Origin: Octopus vulgaris
Lineage: Eukaryota
Direction: 5' to 3'
Length of the DNA stretch: 64,000 bases
Assembly (NCBI GenBank): GCA_951406725.2
Contig: OX597817.1
Coordinates: forward strand, 90,024,001-90,088,000
The position numbers and the translations under genes were made by a program. Position 1 is the first letter of the stretch, and each line of letters begins with the position of its first letter. The notes under the pieces are model-generated. The model worked only from the letters and a program-made list of their open reading frames with translations. It was not told where the DNA came from and did not search any database. This document shows, piece after piece, positions 1 to 13,530 of this stretch.

Positions 1-352
1 TGTAGTAGTAGCAATAACAGTAATAGTAATAGTCAGTTATTATTGCCATGTGATGAGCTCAACACAGATTCCAAACTGTCATCAACAGAAGACAAATATG
101 GAAGCATTAACAACCGTTACTCTTCTAAGATCAAAGCATGCCGATCAACGACGGACGTGTGTCCTGAAGGAAATTCTGTATCGAAACAGTCACTTGCGTC
201 TTCAAATGCAAGTGGATATTCTTTGACTGACCAGACTTATGGAATGTATAATAATTCTAAAAGCTCTCTCGGAACTTCTAACCGATGGGAAATGAGTGCT
301 CTTTTAAAGCTTCAGAACCCTTTAATATCCATAAGGAACAAAATTGTCCGAA
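1..352 (+). CDS. MPHOSPH8: MPP8-like gene, first exon visible in the window (5'-truncated by the window edge); Ser/Asn-rich low-complexity region
   Basis: Frame 1 is open from base 1 (CSSSNNSNSNSQLLLPCDE...LKLQNPLISIRNKIVR) to the donor A|GTAAGT at 353. It ends in phase 1, matching the next candidate exon. Assignment to this gene rests on phase continuity, not on recognisable homology. Confidence 0.7.
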
Positions 353-1714
353 GTAAGTATACATTGTTGAAGTTTGTAGCATTTTGTACTTTGAGATGAT
401 ATAATTTTGCTGTGATCCACCATTACTTTTCACAGCCAGTGGCGTTTAGAAATCATACAGAGTTAAAAAGAGGATATACATGTGTTTGTGTATGTATACA
501 TATACATATATGTTAAATTTAAGAGAGGGCGTCTTCACAAATGCAAAATATATGCACATTCCTAATAATAACCAGCCTGTAGGTTATAATGAAGATTGCT
601 TTATAACCAAATAGTTTTCAATTCCATACCAAAGGGTAGTACATTAGGCACGTGTCTTATCTGGCCTTGGACTGGCTGATGCATTGTGGGTGAAATATGA
701 GAATGTGTTCTTACATATGTGTATCTAAGGCTTCCAAGTGAAACTCTGCAAGGAGGGTCAAAACTGATTTTGAGACCTGTTGGTGGAGTTTTGGCTTTAA
801 ATTTTAACAGGCTGTAAGTCTTTTTTTGTTTTTAACAGTAGGGTGGAGTTGGTATCAGATATTTACAGGACACCTCTTTGGCTCTCTCAGCCTTGCACTG
901 ATGTTGTAGCTGTCTCTTATAGATCATATGAACAATGTGTGTATGCATATATATATATATGTATGTATATATCTCATTCTTTTAACATTGTCTTTTGTAT
1001 GCTTGCATGGAGTGAGGCAGATTTATTATAGGTTGACACCCTTCAGTCGCTAACCTCACCTGTTTCCAAACACAGTTACATTTCCTTGGACACAAGCATG
1101 TATTTGCACAATATTGTAAATGAATGACACTGCTTGGATGACACTGACATTCATTTGTAACTTTCATACAAAGTCAAAACAAGGAGATACAAATATACTC
1201 TTTCTCTCTCACACACACTCATGCACATACAATTTATATATATATATATATATGTGTAGATATGCATTTATACGTAGTATGTGTGTGTATTAATATTTAT
1301 ATGCAATTGGTGTAGGCATAGCTCTGTAAAGAGATGTTTCCTAACCACTTGGTCTCTTCAGTTCCACTGCACAGCACATTGGGGAGGTGTGTTCAAGTAC
1401 AGTTCTAGGTTGACTAACCCCTTATAATTGAACTTCGTAGATGGATACTGAAGGCAGTTCATCATGTATATGTATATATGTGTGTGTGTGTGTATGTATT
1501 GATATATTTATGTGCCTGTATGTTTGTTTACACCTTTCTGTGGGTGATGTTCTTGTCGTTTTTATCAACAAATTGTCTGCTTGCTTCCTATATTTGAAAA
1601 CGTGAAATGACATCCCTTACTTGAGAAACGGGTAAGGGTTAGCAACAGGTGGGGTATCCAGCTGTCAAACAGTGCCTCAGTAATTAATTTGTCTTAACAT
1701 CCTTCCATGAAAAA

Positions 1715-1911
1715 AATTGTATGTAAAAATGAAGCGTATGTGTATATGTATGTACACATGTGTATATATTTATGTGTGCATGTATATATATGTACATATT
1801 TGTGCATTTGTATGTGAATATATACATGTATATGTATGTATGTGTACATATGTTATGTATATGTATGTGTACATATGTATGTGTATATATATGCTTTGTG
1901 TGTATATATGC

Positions 1912-1964
<53 letters not shown>

Positions 1965-1968
1965 TACA
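1715..1968. repeat. Degenerate (TA)/(TG)/(CA) compound microsatellite
   Basis: Alternating purine-pyrimidine tract; it generates the spurious C/V/Y/I/M ORFs in the track. Confidence 0.95.
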
Positions 1969-3644
1969 TGTTTGCATGGGTCATATGGAGTTTCTTGAAG
2001 TAGACTTTTCTGTGACCAGATGCCCTTTATGTAGCCCAACCATCGCTTGTTTCCAAGTAAAGTAACTTTTTCTCAGATCCAAACAGTTTTTCATGGAAGA
2101 CTGGAAATGAACAACCTCATTCGTATTCCAATTTATGCTCATTTGCAGACATTGTGTAATGTCTAAACAAACGTACACACACACACATATATAATTGATA
2201 TAAAAGGTGGTGAGGACTTACCAAATCAAGTTATATTAAATCTTAGTACATCGTCAATTATGTTTTCTGTTCTCCAATAACTGTCTTACTCATTATTCTA
2301 ATCCTAACAAAATCGTTTTTGAAAATCTGTTTAAAATTTAAGTGGTGTGCCTGGTTTAAATATATTTCAAAACAAAAATCATGACCCTGTCAAACATCTA
2401 GTGCTCCCTTGACTTTAGCCACCGAAGGGGATTAAAACTACCAACTTCAGAAGTTCCCTTCCTTAGTTTTTATTGAATCAGTTGTTCCATCTGGCTGCTT
2501 ACCCAGTGTTCTTGTTAAGAGTTCTGATGTCTCTTTGCTTCGGACCACACAATACTTTACCTTTAGTATTGTTGTTTGGTAGTAGTGAGGTTGAACTTCT
2601 GATCATGATAGTCACTTTCACTCTGGCAATTGTTATGCTTCTAACAACACTTAATTAGATAATTAGACAGTTCCTGTTGAATTAGAATTTACTTAACATT
2701 TCCTTATTTTCTCCTTTTGGCCCTGATTGAAGTAAGAAAGCTAATAGGACACACTGGTTGTGACACTAAAATGCTAGACTAATCTACCCGACAAGCTTGT
2801 GCATTTCAACTCTGTACTCTGTTTGTAGTCTGTAAGTTATTCAAGAATTACCATCAGAATTAAAAACATTAAATCCTGTACTAATCATGTGCTTTAACTT
2901 AGTGACTCTATTGTCACTACACCAATAAGCACAGGGAAGTCCATGTTTCGCTGACGAAATCATTATAAACAAAAGCATATTCTGAGTTTATTCTGTTGAA
3001 ATGCTGTTGACATTTTTAATTCTGTATATCAGTTTATGATGTTAATTATGGTTATCTCTTAGCACTTTTGTTTAATTGTCTGTGTGTAAGAGAGATTTGT
3101 TAATATTCTTGTTCATATACCTGTACTTCATGTGAATGTAAGCTATGTCAATGTTTCTCAATAAACTGTATTAAATGGTATTTCTCTTAGCTGTGTTGGT
3201 ACTCTTTACCTTATCTGCTTGCATTGGTTTGTTGTTTAGTCCCTGAGATAAATGGTCAAAGGCATTCCAGCCATAATTATCCAACTTTTTACTCTTATGG
3301 CAGTAAGGTCTGGCATGAAGGAAATTTGACTGCTATTTCATGCAGCTCGAGCAACCACATAGATGCTCTTAAATTCTTCAAGATTTGTAAAGAATCTTAA
3401 GTTCTTTGTGTGCACATCACTGCTTAATGTAAATTTTAACTGTATCAGCCTGTTTTGTTAGCTTTGATCAAAGTTATGGCAACTCTTTTGTGGTTTGAAT
3501 CATTAGATTATCTTGTACTGCCACACACATGTACATTTAGTATGTCGACAAACCTCTTTTGGGCTCAAATGTTGAAGAGAGCAAGATCTAAAACTTCAAT
3601 TTCTATTAGTGTACTTTTTGTTCCTCCTCCCTCCCTCTCTCTTT

Positions 3645-3699
<55 letters not shown>

Positions 3700-3814
3700 T
3701 AGGAAGGTAGAAACTGCCAGATCAGATTGGAGCCTGGTGCAGCCATCTGGCTCACCAGTCCCCAGTCAAACTGTCCAACCCATGCCAGCATAGAAAGCGG
3801 ACGTTAGACGATGA

Positions 3815-3818
<4 letters not shown>
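3700..3818 (+). mobile_element. Short 3'-end fragment of the RTE-tail repeat family, ending in (GAT)n
   Basis: gttaggaagg..tagaaactgccagatcagattggagcctggtgcagcc...ggacgttagacgatgatgat is the reverse complement of the copies at 7545, 37794 and 41756. Confidence 0.75.
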
Positions 3819-3870
<52 letters not shown>

Positions 3871-4896
3871 ATGTGCTCTTGTTTCTAATAAGAATTCATT
3901 GATAATGTAGACAAAAAGCTGTAAATTCTAGTCTTCAACAAGATTTGAATTCTAATGCAGAGGGACATAATACGGCCTAATAATTTATCTAATAACTTTT
4001 CTGATTCTGCAAATTCTCCACCATCTTAGTAATAGTGTCAGTGGTACTTATAAAAATTTCTAATTTAGGCACAATGCCAACAATTTTAAAGTCTAGGGTT
4101 AGGGACAAAAGGCAAACTTGACTTAAGTAGGATTTTCTAATGCTCTAATGATTCTGCTAATCCACTTCAGTAATAATAATTCTAATAATTATAATGATGA
4201 TGATGATAATAAACCATAATAATAAGTTTTTTCTGTTCCAAGTTTAAATCTTGTTAGCATGAACTTTACCTTTCATTCTTCTGGACATCAGTAAAATGAG
4301 TAGCAATAATTTAATAGCATCAATTCAGTCAATTGTCCTTTTTTTTTTGTGAATAACCTACAAGGTTGTGGCAATTCTATTTTAGCTGTTTTAAATGAAG
4401 CAAATATTAATTAATGTATAGTTTTTTGTTTTGTTTTGTGGCAGGCTGACAGAATTATTAATATACCAGACAAAATGCTTAGTGGTTTTTCTTCTAGCTT
4501 TATGTTGTGTTCAAATTCCATGGGGTCAATTTGCCTTTCATTCTTTCAGGGTCAATAAAATAAAGTACTACCAGTCGAGCACTTGAGTCCCACCAAATTT
4601 CAGACCTTGTGCCTCTAGTAGAAAGAATTACTCTAATTACTAAGTATGATAGGGGAAGGGGACTGCACATCTTACTTAGTCATAACTGTTAGTTCTCTAA
4701 GTTTAAACCCCTTTGTAGTAACTTTGCCTCTCATTCTCTGTGGGGTTGATAAGGTACCACTAATAAACCAGTGTTCATACATCTTCACCACTATTTCTAC
4801 CTTTGTTAGAAATCATTATTTACTTTAAAGTCTCTTTATATTCTCTGTTCAAATCACACCATGGTTAACTTGACCTGCCATCTTACCCAGATCTAT

Positions 4897-5085
4897 AAAC
4901 TAGCAGTTGTAGTTATTTCAGTTTAACTGTCATCCTTCTAGAATCAATAAAATAAGCAAACAGTCATCATTCTAGTTTATCTATTGTTCTTCCAGGATCA
5001 TTAAACTAGCAGTTGTAGTTATTCCAGTTCATCTGTCATCCTTCTGGGATCAGTAAAATAAACTAGCTGTTGTAGTTATTCTAGT
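4897..5085. repeat. Degenerate ~58-bp tandem repeat
   Basis: aaactagcagttgtagttatt(t/c)cagtt... recurs at about 4897, 5003 and 5060. Confidence 0.75.
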
Positions 5086-6284
5086 TTGGCTTTCAGATTT
5101 GAAACCTATAACCAACAACACTATTAATCACTAAGATATATTTAAAACAAATAAATCTGGCCATCTCATGAAATTTCTGCTCTTGTGCTATGCTAGTTAA
5201 TTTTGTTGTCTTAAGTATATCACAGTATTTTGGAACACATAAAAGCTATGATCTGGGCTTTCCTCGAACAACTGAATAAGGAAGAGAAAAACACCCTCAC
5301 CTATTTCACAAAGAACTATTTCTGTCAATGCAGCAATGCCACTATTTAACTCTTTTTTTATACTAAACCTGCCTAAGTCTACCCTCAACTTGATGTTACA
5401 AAAATTATTGATACTTAAATTAAAACCTTCAGTCATTATTTAGTATATGAATTTTTTAATTTGTAGTTCAAATACTGGCTTAATATACAAAATAATGAAA
5501 AAGTTAGGTATTTTACTTATCCTATACAAATTCTTGATTATTTCAAGATAAAACTTAGAGCTATATTTCTTTAGGTGTAAAGTCATGAAAGGGTGGTGAT
5601 GAGGGTGGGGGCTAAGTATGATATTCACTTTTTTTTTTGTTTTGTTTTTGCAAGAGTATTAGTGTCATATGTATGAAAGGAACTTGCATCAAATGCAAAT
5701 TGCAAATATAATAATGATAATTGGTGTTGTTATGGCATTATGGCGACTGATAACTTAATGTCATTCACATCATGGTGATGTTAATACTGGTAGTCGGAGG
5801 GCATAAATGCAGTGCCTTATCTTGTTTGAATTTAAACCAAAAGTGAGACACCTAACTTCGTCTACCATTTTTCTACAAATGGTGTCGCTAATGGTGCTTT
5901 ACATCAGTAAAATGTTCGAAAATTGTATGTGGAGTTGAAACAATGTCCAGTTTATTACTGGGACATAACCAACCTCAGAAGAATTGAAGGAAAAGTTGAC
6001 TCCCAATCAGATAACTAAAGATTATAAAACACATATCCTGCCAATGCAATGCTGCTGTCTTGAAAATATTGGCACGGTGTCATTGGTTTCATGGAGAGAT
6101 CTGGAGCTGATTAATTTGACCTCGGTATATTACTAGTACCTTGCAACAGTGTAAGATAAAATCTACTGAGGAAAATCACCAAATGTTTCTAACAGTGTAT
6201 CACATTTACCTGAATATTAATGATGATGATGATAAATACTATAAGATATTGATCAACACTACATCACCTCTGCTTTCTACTTAA

Positions 6285-6485
6285 CCCTTTAGCATTCAAA
6301 TCACTCTGTCAAATGTGATGCTAATTTATTTGCATTATCTCATAGCTTTAAGATTTCAATGATGTGATTGTTTATTTATACAAAGACATTGTAGGTTAGG
6401 TGTGAGAGGTTGGATCTGGTTGGTTTGAACATACAATAGATAGAATATTTGGGCTTGATATGGTCAGATTATAAATACTAAAAGG
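6285..6485 (+). mobile_element. piggyBac-type MITE copy A (~200 bp)
   Basis: TTAA|CCCTTTAGCATT ... AATACTAAAAGG|TTGA. Internal sequence is shared with the copies at 22893, 44280 and 53129. Confidence 0.7.
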
Positions 6486-7352
6486 TTGATATTAGCATGA
6501 TTGAATCTACTCCAGTAATTAGTTGATACTTTATCGACCTATGTCAACTTAGAGGAACTTCAACATTGAAAGACCTTTTGTTTGCTCTTCTATCAATTCT
6601 CCCAGCTACTGCCACTTACCACAGTTTCTAACATAGACACTAAACATAAAATTTGGAGAGGGGTATAGTAGATTCAGTTGACCCTAGTACTTCAATAATG
6701 CTTTATTTTATTGGCCCTATGAGGATGAAAGGCAAAAATGATCCTGGCTGGATTCATACCCAGAATATTAAGAAGGCCAAATAAACAGTGTATTTTGTCC
6801 ATTTCGCCTGATTGTACAACAGATGATAAATATTTGTTAACAGTCACAAGACCAAGCTGTGATCTGTAGGACAGGATTTAGTTTAATGTCTCTGGTTGAG
6901 AAGAGAGGGAGACAGTAAAAATTGTTGTAGTCAAAAACCATTATCAATGGAACAATTATTCCAGCAACTGACTTTGAAACAAATTTGAAACCTTACATAT
7001 ATTTTATTCAAGTTCTAATGTTCAAAATTGTTTTCTACTTCCTGAAAATATAAGTACATTCTATTTATCATTGAAACATATTTGTACTTGTATGTACTAC
7101 TATACCTAGATAATGTAACATCACATACACTCTCACCATGAATATAAGTAAACCAGGAAGTTCAGTATTCTTAGAAAAGCAATGTTTTTTTTTATATTTT
7201 TATTTTTTTCATGATGAAATATCCTTTTCAATGGATGTATAATAAATCAACTTTTTTATTTTATCTAAAGCCACTCTATCTTGCTGGACAGGGTTTATTG
7301 TTTTCTGAGAATTTGCTAGTCATCCTGAATAAATTGAATTTTGTTATTTTAC

Positions 7353-7391
<39 letters not shown>

Positions 7392-7544
7392 GCTAGATAG
7401 CATGGGAATAGGAGTGTACGGTGCATATAGGTGTGTGTATGTATATATATATATATATATTTACTGATATTAGATTTGAAGATAAGGACTTGACTACTTA
7501 TGTATAGATAAAGGGTAACTGATATGTGTGTATATTATTATCAT

Positions 7545-7800
7545 CACCACCATCGTTTAACAACCAGTTACCGTGCTGACATGGGTTGAATGATTTGACT
7601 GTGGCTGCACCAGGCTCCAATCTGATCTGGCAAGGTTTTTACAGCTGGATGCTCTTCCTAATGCCAACCACTCTGAAGCATAGTGGGTGCTTTTTACATG
7701 CCACTGGCACGGGGAACAGTGAGGTGGCACTGGCATCAACCATGCTCGGATGGTGCTTTTTACATGTCACCGGCATGGGAGCCAGTGAGGTGGCACTGGC
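7545..7800 (-). mobile_element. RTE-tail family repeat with internal tandem units
   Basis: (CAT)n start, ctggatgctcttcctaatgccaaccactc core, and repeated gtgctttttacatg(c/t)cac units. Confidence 0.8.
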
Positions 7801-8279
7801 TCATATATATATATATAATATACGTGTGTTTGTGTGTATTTTTAAAAGTAAAACTGAATCCAAGCATTCAGCATAGTAGTGATAGTCTATATTAACAAAG
7901 ATATTTATTGCGAAACTTTCTGTTGGTTTCTTAAGTTTGTTGTATGTCAGTGAAAGTGGTGCTTGTAATGTTTTTAGCAAAAATCTTTGAGTGAGTGAGA
8001 ATAATGTTTGCTTATCATTAATCCATGAGCCTATGCACACGGTGGAGAATGACAGGAAAAGTCAGGGACTTAATCGTTGCATATATGTGATACCCCATAA
8101 CCATTCTTATCTTTCCTGCACCTCTTCACTCTTTCTTTGGCCACCTTCCCATTGAAACACTCTTCTCTGCAATTTCCAGTTTCTTTTCTCTGAGCCCTTA
8201 GTAGCTCTAAACTTGCCTGCACCACATGCCCTTCAAAAGAGAAGAAAAGTTTTTCATCTTCTACAGCACATTCAACAAA

Positions 8280-8677
8280 GCAGTATTTTCACTTCTGCTT
8301 GCCACATATGCTACAGCAATCACTGATCCCAAATTCCAGTAATAAATCACCCAAAACATCAATTTGTCCTACACTGCATCATATGCAGACATTGCGGTAC
8401 TTGTTTCATCAGTGAAACTGAGTGTTGTGTGTATGGTTGCTTCTCTGAACATGTCTATCACATCCTCCAGTGCTCTTTAGCCCTACCCACAATCTACAAT
8501 TTCAAAACACTGACCTCCTGTGTTTTATTAATCTCGCCTTATCTTGAGCTACTATATAAAACATACAAGGCTATTGGCATAATTTTTCTCAACAGCCACA
8601 CTTGGTTTAAAACAGAAATGTCCTTAGTTCAATTCTGCAATACATTCAGTGCATGTATCCTATTCTTCTTTTCTTAA
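8280..8677 (+). pseudogene. Decayed Penelope-like element GIY-YIG endonuclease region
   Basis: The frame from 8375 reads CIICRHCGTCFISETECCVYGCFSEHVYHI, matching the PLE pattern YCIxCxxC...YIGETxRRLxDRFxEH. The R-to-C changes are those expected from CpG decay. The upstream ITDPK resembles the ITGPK linker. Confidence 0.55.
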
Positions 8678-9774
8678 TTTGTTTTTATTAGTTTCATTCA
8701 TTGGACTGTGACAGTGCTGGGGCGGCACCTTCAAACATTTTAATTGATTATGTTGACTTTGTTGCTTATTTTATTGATCTTACAAGATATGAAAATACAA
8801 TGTGGGTGTTGTAAGGAGAGATAATGCAGTCTGACATAAATGATGCAGCATGTGTGTATGTATGTAAATATATAAAAATATATATGTCTGTGTGTGTGTG
8901 TATGTTTGAATATAATTGTTCTCACTCTGGCTTGCCATACTTGCTTCTTTGTTTATTTTACAACCATTTTTCCATGCCAGTATGGGTTAGGTGATTGCTT
9001 ATTATTCAACATTGTTTTACAATATGTATGCACAAACATCATCATTTTTGAACATACATATGTATAGTATATAAGTGGTAGAATTAAAATTTTACTTTTT
9101 ATGCTTACATTGCAAGAGTTGTATACTTTAGTGGTGAAGGTTTGGGCAATAGCAGTAGTAACAGAGCAGCGAAATATTGGAGAGTGTGAGTGGAATTTGG
9201 TTGACACAAACTATGTGGAAGTCTGTTATGTGTATCTATGTTTATAGATATGTATATGTGTGCATATTCATATGTATATGTGTGTGCATATGCATGTGTA
9301 TATATATATGTGAGAAAGAGTATATAGGTGCACACATGCCTATGTAGTTAAGAAGTTCGTTTTACACCTACATTGTTTTGGGTTCAATTTCACTGCTATA
9401 ATCTAGAGCCATAGACCAACCTGAGTTTTGTTTATGGATTTGGTAGATAGGAACTAAAAGAAACCTATTGTGCATTTGGATCTCTTTGTCTTGACGCCCC
9501 ATGCTAATTATAAACAGACATCATCATATCAGCAATGTCATTTTGTTTTCATTCTTCTCTGAAAATATGTCCGGCCATTATGCTGTTTGGGTTTAAAAGA
9601 CCAGAGGAAATGTTGGCTTACTTTGAAACAGGTGGGAGTTGGTGACAACAAAAGCATCAAATCTTAGGAAAATGTGCCTCAGTAAATTTTCTGACTCATG
9701 CAGGCGTGGTTAAATGCATGTTAGAACAGTGATGAAAATGTATGAGTGCACATACATAGATACACAGATATATA

Positions 9775-10180
9775 TCTTTCAGTCATTGAACTGTGGCCAT
9801 GCTGGGACACCACCTTGAAAGATTTTAGTCAAATGATTTGGCTCCTGTATTAATTTTGTAAAGCCTGGTACTTATTCTATCAGTCTCTATTTTGCTGAAC
9901 CACCAAGTTATGGGGATGTAAACAAACCAACACCAGTTATCATGGTGGTAGTGGTGAGGAATCACGAACACAAATGTATGTGAATCTGGGAGGAGAATAT
10001 GTTGAATAAAATTAACAGATCCTCCTGTTTTTTCTTTTACCCAAAGCCAGGAACTTTTCAGCACCCCCTCGTCTATACACGTACAATGGACTTCTTTCAG
10101 TTTCCATCTGCCAAATCCATTCATAAGTCTTTGATTGGCCCGGGGCTGTAGCAGAAGACAGCCTGAGGTACTGTGCATTG
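9775..10180 (-). mobile_element. tRNA-derived SINE (same family as 24428), interrupted by a mariner end
   Basis: Reverse-complement match to the 24428-24858 body and tail (cagtcattgaactgtggccatgctggg ... cttctttcagtttccatctgccaaatcc). Confidence 0.75.
9985..10071 (-). mobile_element. Solo mariner-type terminal fragment
   Basis: The minus strand begins CGAGGGGGTGCTGAAAAGTTCC, similar to the TIR of the mariner at 62256 (TGAGGTGGTATCAAAAAGTT). No partner end found. Confidence 0.55.
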
Positions 10181-11107
10181 AAAATGCCCTTGAAATCCTT
10201 ATCTGCTGTTAGCTGTGTGACAGAATATTAGTAAGTAATATTGTCTCACCAACCTATCCTTGTACTCACTCCATCCTTCTGATAACTGATGACATCAGCA
10301 GTGATGTTGTCAAACTAAGCAACTTGTTCTCAGCCTGCTGGAAATAGACAGATAGATCTCTCAAATTGCACTTAACCTTCATTCAAAGAAAACACTGGGG
10401 GTGGGGTGGCACATTGGGTTCACTCTAGGAAAAATATGGGATGGTCATAGGTGTGCCTCAATTAGAACTGACCTGAAACAACTAAAACTTCCATGGTATC
10501 CTACTGTAATTATAGTACAAATTACTCAGGGTTGACATCTGACGAAAAAAAGCCAGAGTTAAATAAGTAACATATTTAATGTAGGTACCATTAAATATGT
10601 TAGCTAGAAATAATTGTTGAGGTGAAAAAAAATGAAAAAATTAGATAGTTCCATGTTTCTTACTCAATATAGTAGAAATAACAGCCAAATTTCCTTGACA
10701 ATGTAGTTCTGGGTACATTTGCATATGGTGCTGTTGATCAAGATTGACCTGGTGTTAAACAATAACAACTTGCAGTACAATTTAGTATGGTGCAGTGTCT
10801 TTTTTTTATATATATAAATTGTAAAACGTTGATGTGGAAGAATCTAATTTTGTTTTCAAAGCATGACTATTAATTAGGCCACTGTTACATTCCACAGGAC
10901 TTCCTGATATACACCCTACACTGTGTCCCCCACCCCACCTTACCCCTTCACCATACCTCTCTTCCCAACACTACCCTCTTTCTTAGCTTAGATTCTCTGG
11001 CACCACTAGTTATTTTTTATTATTATTTTGTTTTTTGTTTGTTTTCATAGTTTCAGCTCCCTCCTGCCCTTTCTCTCTAACTTATCTGTAAACCCTCTAC
11101 TCCCACT

Positions 11108-11239
<132 letters not shown>

Positions 11240-12884
11240 CCAAACTGGTCTAATACCAGCACCACTACAACCATTCTTAAGTTATAGAATATTTGAAGCA
11301 AAGAAGGCTACTCCCTTCTGCTTTCTCTGTTGCTGTTGTCAATGTAAATCACTAATGTTTGAAGACTCAGCTTGTTGAGAAGAATAAAGAAAATGGAGAC
11401 ACAATTTTTGTTTATTCCTAATGCACAAACATTATATATATCCTTGAGTGTATACATATAGAGACTTGTATTACTAAAATTTTCTTTCTCATTCTTCCCT
11501 GGTAGTTCTAGAACCATTTCTTACCACCCACCATCACTACCTTCACACCCATAATCAGATGGTGTCACACAGTATTATGTTACTATATAACACACACACA
11601 CAGAGGGAAAGCAATCTGGCTATTTTTTTCGTCTTTTTTCTCAGACTGCATGTATGTGTTTAAGCATATGTATGAATGTGTGAACAGCTGTCAGTATATG
11701 TCTATGTTATTTTATTGGACTATGAATTTTTTCTAGTGGAGGAATGCTTACGTATTTTTGATGGTGTGCGGAATGGGGTTGGGGAAATATTTTGTTTGAG
11801 TATGGGTGTGTGATGGTGGTGGGGGAGTTGGTTGATGATCCTGAGAGAAGTTTGGAGCTGGAATCTTGTGTCTTATCGCCAAACAAATCTGAAATTATTA
11901 CCATTGGTATGTACCCCTTGCCTTTCCACCACCCCCTCTCACGAACTTTCATGCTTTCCAATTTGACCTGGTAGAAATAGCAGCCATCTTCCAAATAGAC
12001 AGATGCTGTGGATAATGTAATCCTTAGATATACAAAGACAAAATTGTCTCACCTAGAATGCCTTTGATCATGACTACTGGATCAGGGCTGACCCAGGGTT
12101 AAATAATTACTTACATAAGTTGACCTTGTGGTGATGATGGTGATGATGTTGGGGGTGTGTGGTGGATGGTAATTCAATGTTTGTGTCAATGCTTCAAAAA
12201 CAATTTACTTCTGCAAACCATACTCCCTATTCTGCCTCTTCCACCACTACTATTGGTAAGCTCCTTACACTCTCCTTTCTCCTCCTCCCTCCAACACCCT
12301 CCCCTGATTCTTCTCCAGCCACTCCCTAACTACTTAACTTACCCAACTTTCCACCCAAGCCCTGCCTCCTTACACTCCTTTCTCTAGCTCTGCTGCCACC
12401 CTGACTTCTGCATCATTAAGATGATGAAATACATTGCTATACGTGGGTGGGTGTGTCTGCGCGTGCGTACATGCACAACATAACAAAATATAAACAGAAA
12501 GGGACAGAGAAAGAACGAGTCAGTGTTTGTTCTAAACATACAATGTTCTACATATTCTTATTACATATATCCGCACATGTAAGAATTTAGTATAGCTATT
12601 TGATAGTCTGTAAAGTGACAGAATGATTAAAACAAAGAATCTTTCCACTAATCACTCTCTCATACACGTGACATCATAGTTTCCTCTGACTAATACTTAC
12701 AGAAATTAGTGTTGTTTAGCCCTAGGTCAGTCAGTCATGATTAAAAATAGAGGGTCCATGATTAACTACCTTGTGGTGATTAGTTTTGTCTGCTTACATT
12801 CAGTTCCAAACCATTTAGGATAACTTTGTCTTTCTTCTATATCCCTCAGCTGTAGGTGTATAAAATCAGTTCCAGGCATCTCAT

Positions 12885-13530
12885 TTTGTTGAATTGCTGA
12901 ATTGTCATTGTGTCAGACAAAATGCTTAGTGACATTTCTTCTGGTTTTTTACATTCTGAGTTCAAATTCTACCAAAGTCAGCTTGGCTTTACATCCTTTC
13001 CTGGTTGATAAAAATAAGTACCAGTGAAATACTGGGGATCAATGTAATTGACTAACCCTCTCCTGCTAAAACAGCTAGCCTTGTGTCAAATTTGCTATCA
13101 TTACTATTATATGGATTTGTAGAATCATTGAAGCATAGGACAAAATTATTTGCCATCTTCAGTTATGGCCATTTATATTCAGAGTTTAAATCAAGCTGAG
13201 ACCCATTTTTCATGTTTATCCCCCTGGGTTCAGTGAAATAAAGTACCAGGTAGTTTTAAGGTCAATGGTATCAACTAATCTCTCCCTTCAGAATTGCAGT
13301 CTTTGGGCATAAATCAGAAACCGTTATTATTGGTAGGAAGGGTGATGAAATGGCAGAATTGCTAGCACATCAGACAAAATGTCATGCAGTATTTGTTTAC
13401 TGCTCCTGAGGTCAAATCCTGCCAAGGTCACTTTGCCTTTCATCCCTCCTAGGTCAGTAAAATAAAGAATCAGTCAAGTATTGATTGAAGTCTATATAAT
13501 ATATTATTTCTCTCACAAAATGCAGGCTTT
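12885..13530 (+). mobile_element. Head-to-tail cluster of three degenerate SINEs (Meta-domain-like family)
   Basis: Three recurrences of gcagaat..aaaatgc..ttctgagttcaaat..tttgcctttcatcc..taaaataagtacc, separated by (ATT)n. Confidence 0.8.

Noticed and set aside
2944-2962. gtttcgctgacgaaat, containing CTGACGA
   Set aside because: Only a short hairpin; the order and spacing of core elements do not fit a hammerhead on either strand.
5197-5628. Two minus-strand ORFs, as a possible NUMT or Penelope RT remnant
   Set aside because: No recognisable mitochondrial or RT motif that I can support; at best a weak L..EE...LT.F resemblance.
10286-10316. CTGATGA followed by the hairpin catca-gcag-tgatg, as a possible hammerhead
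   Set aside because: No GAAA box directly after the stem and no stem I/III pairing.
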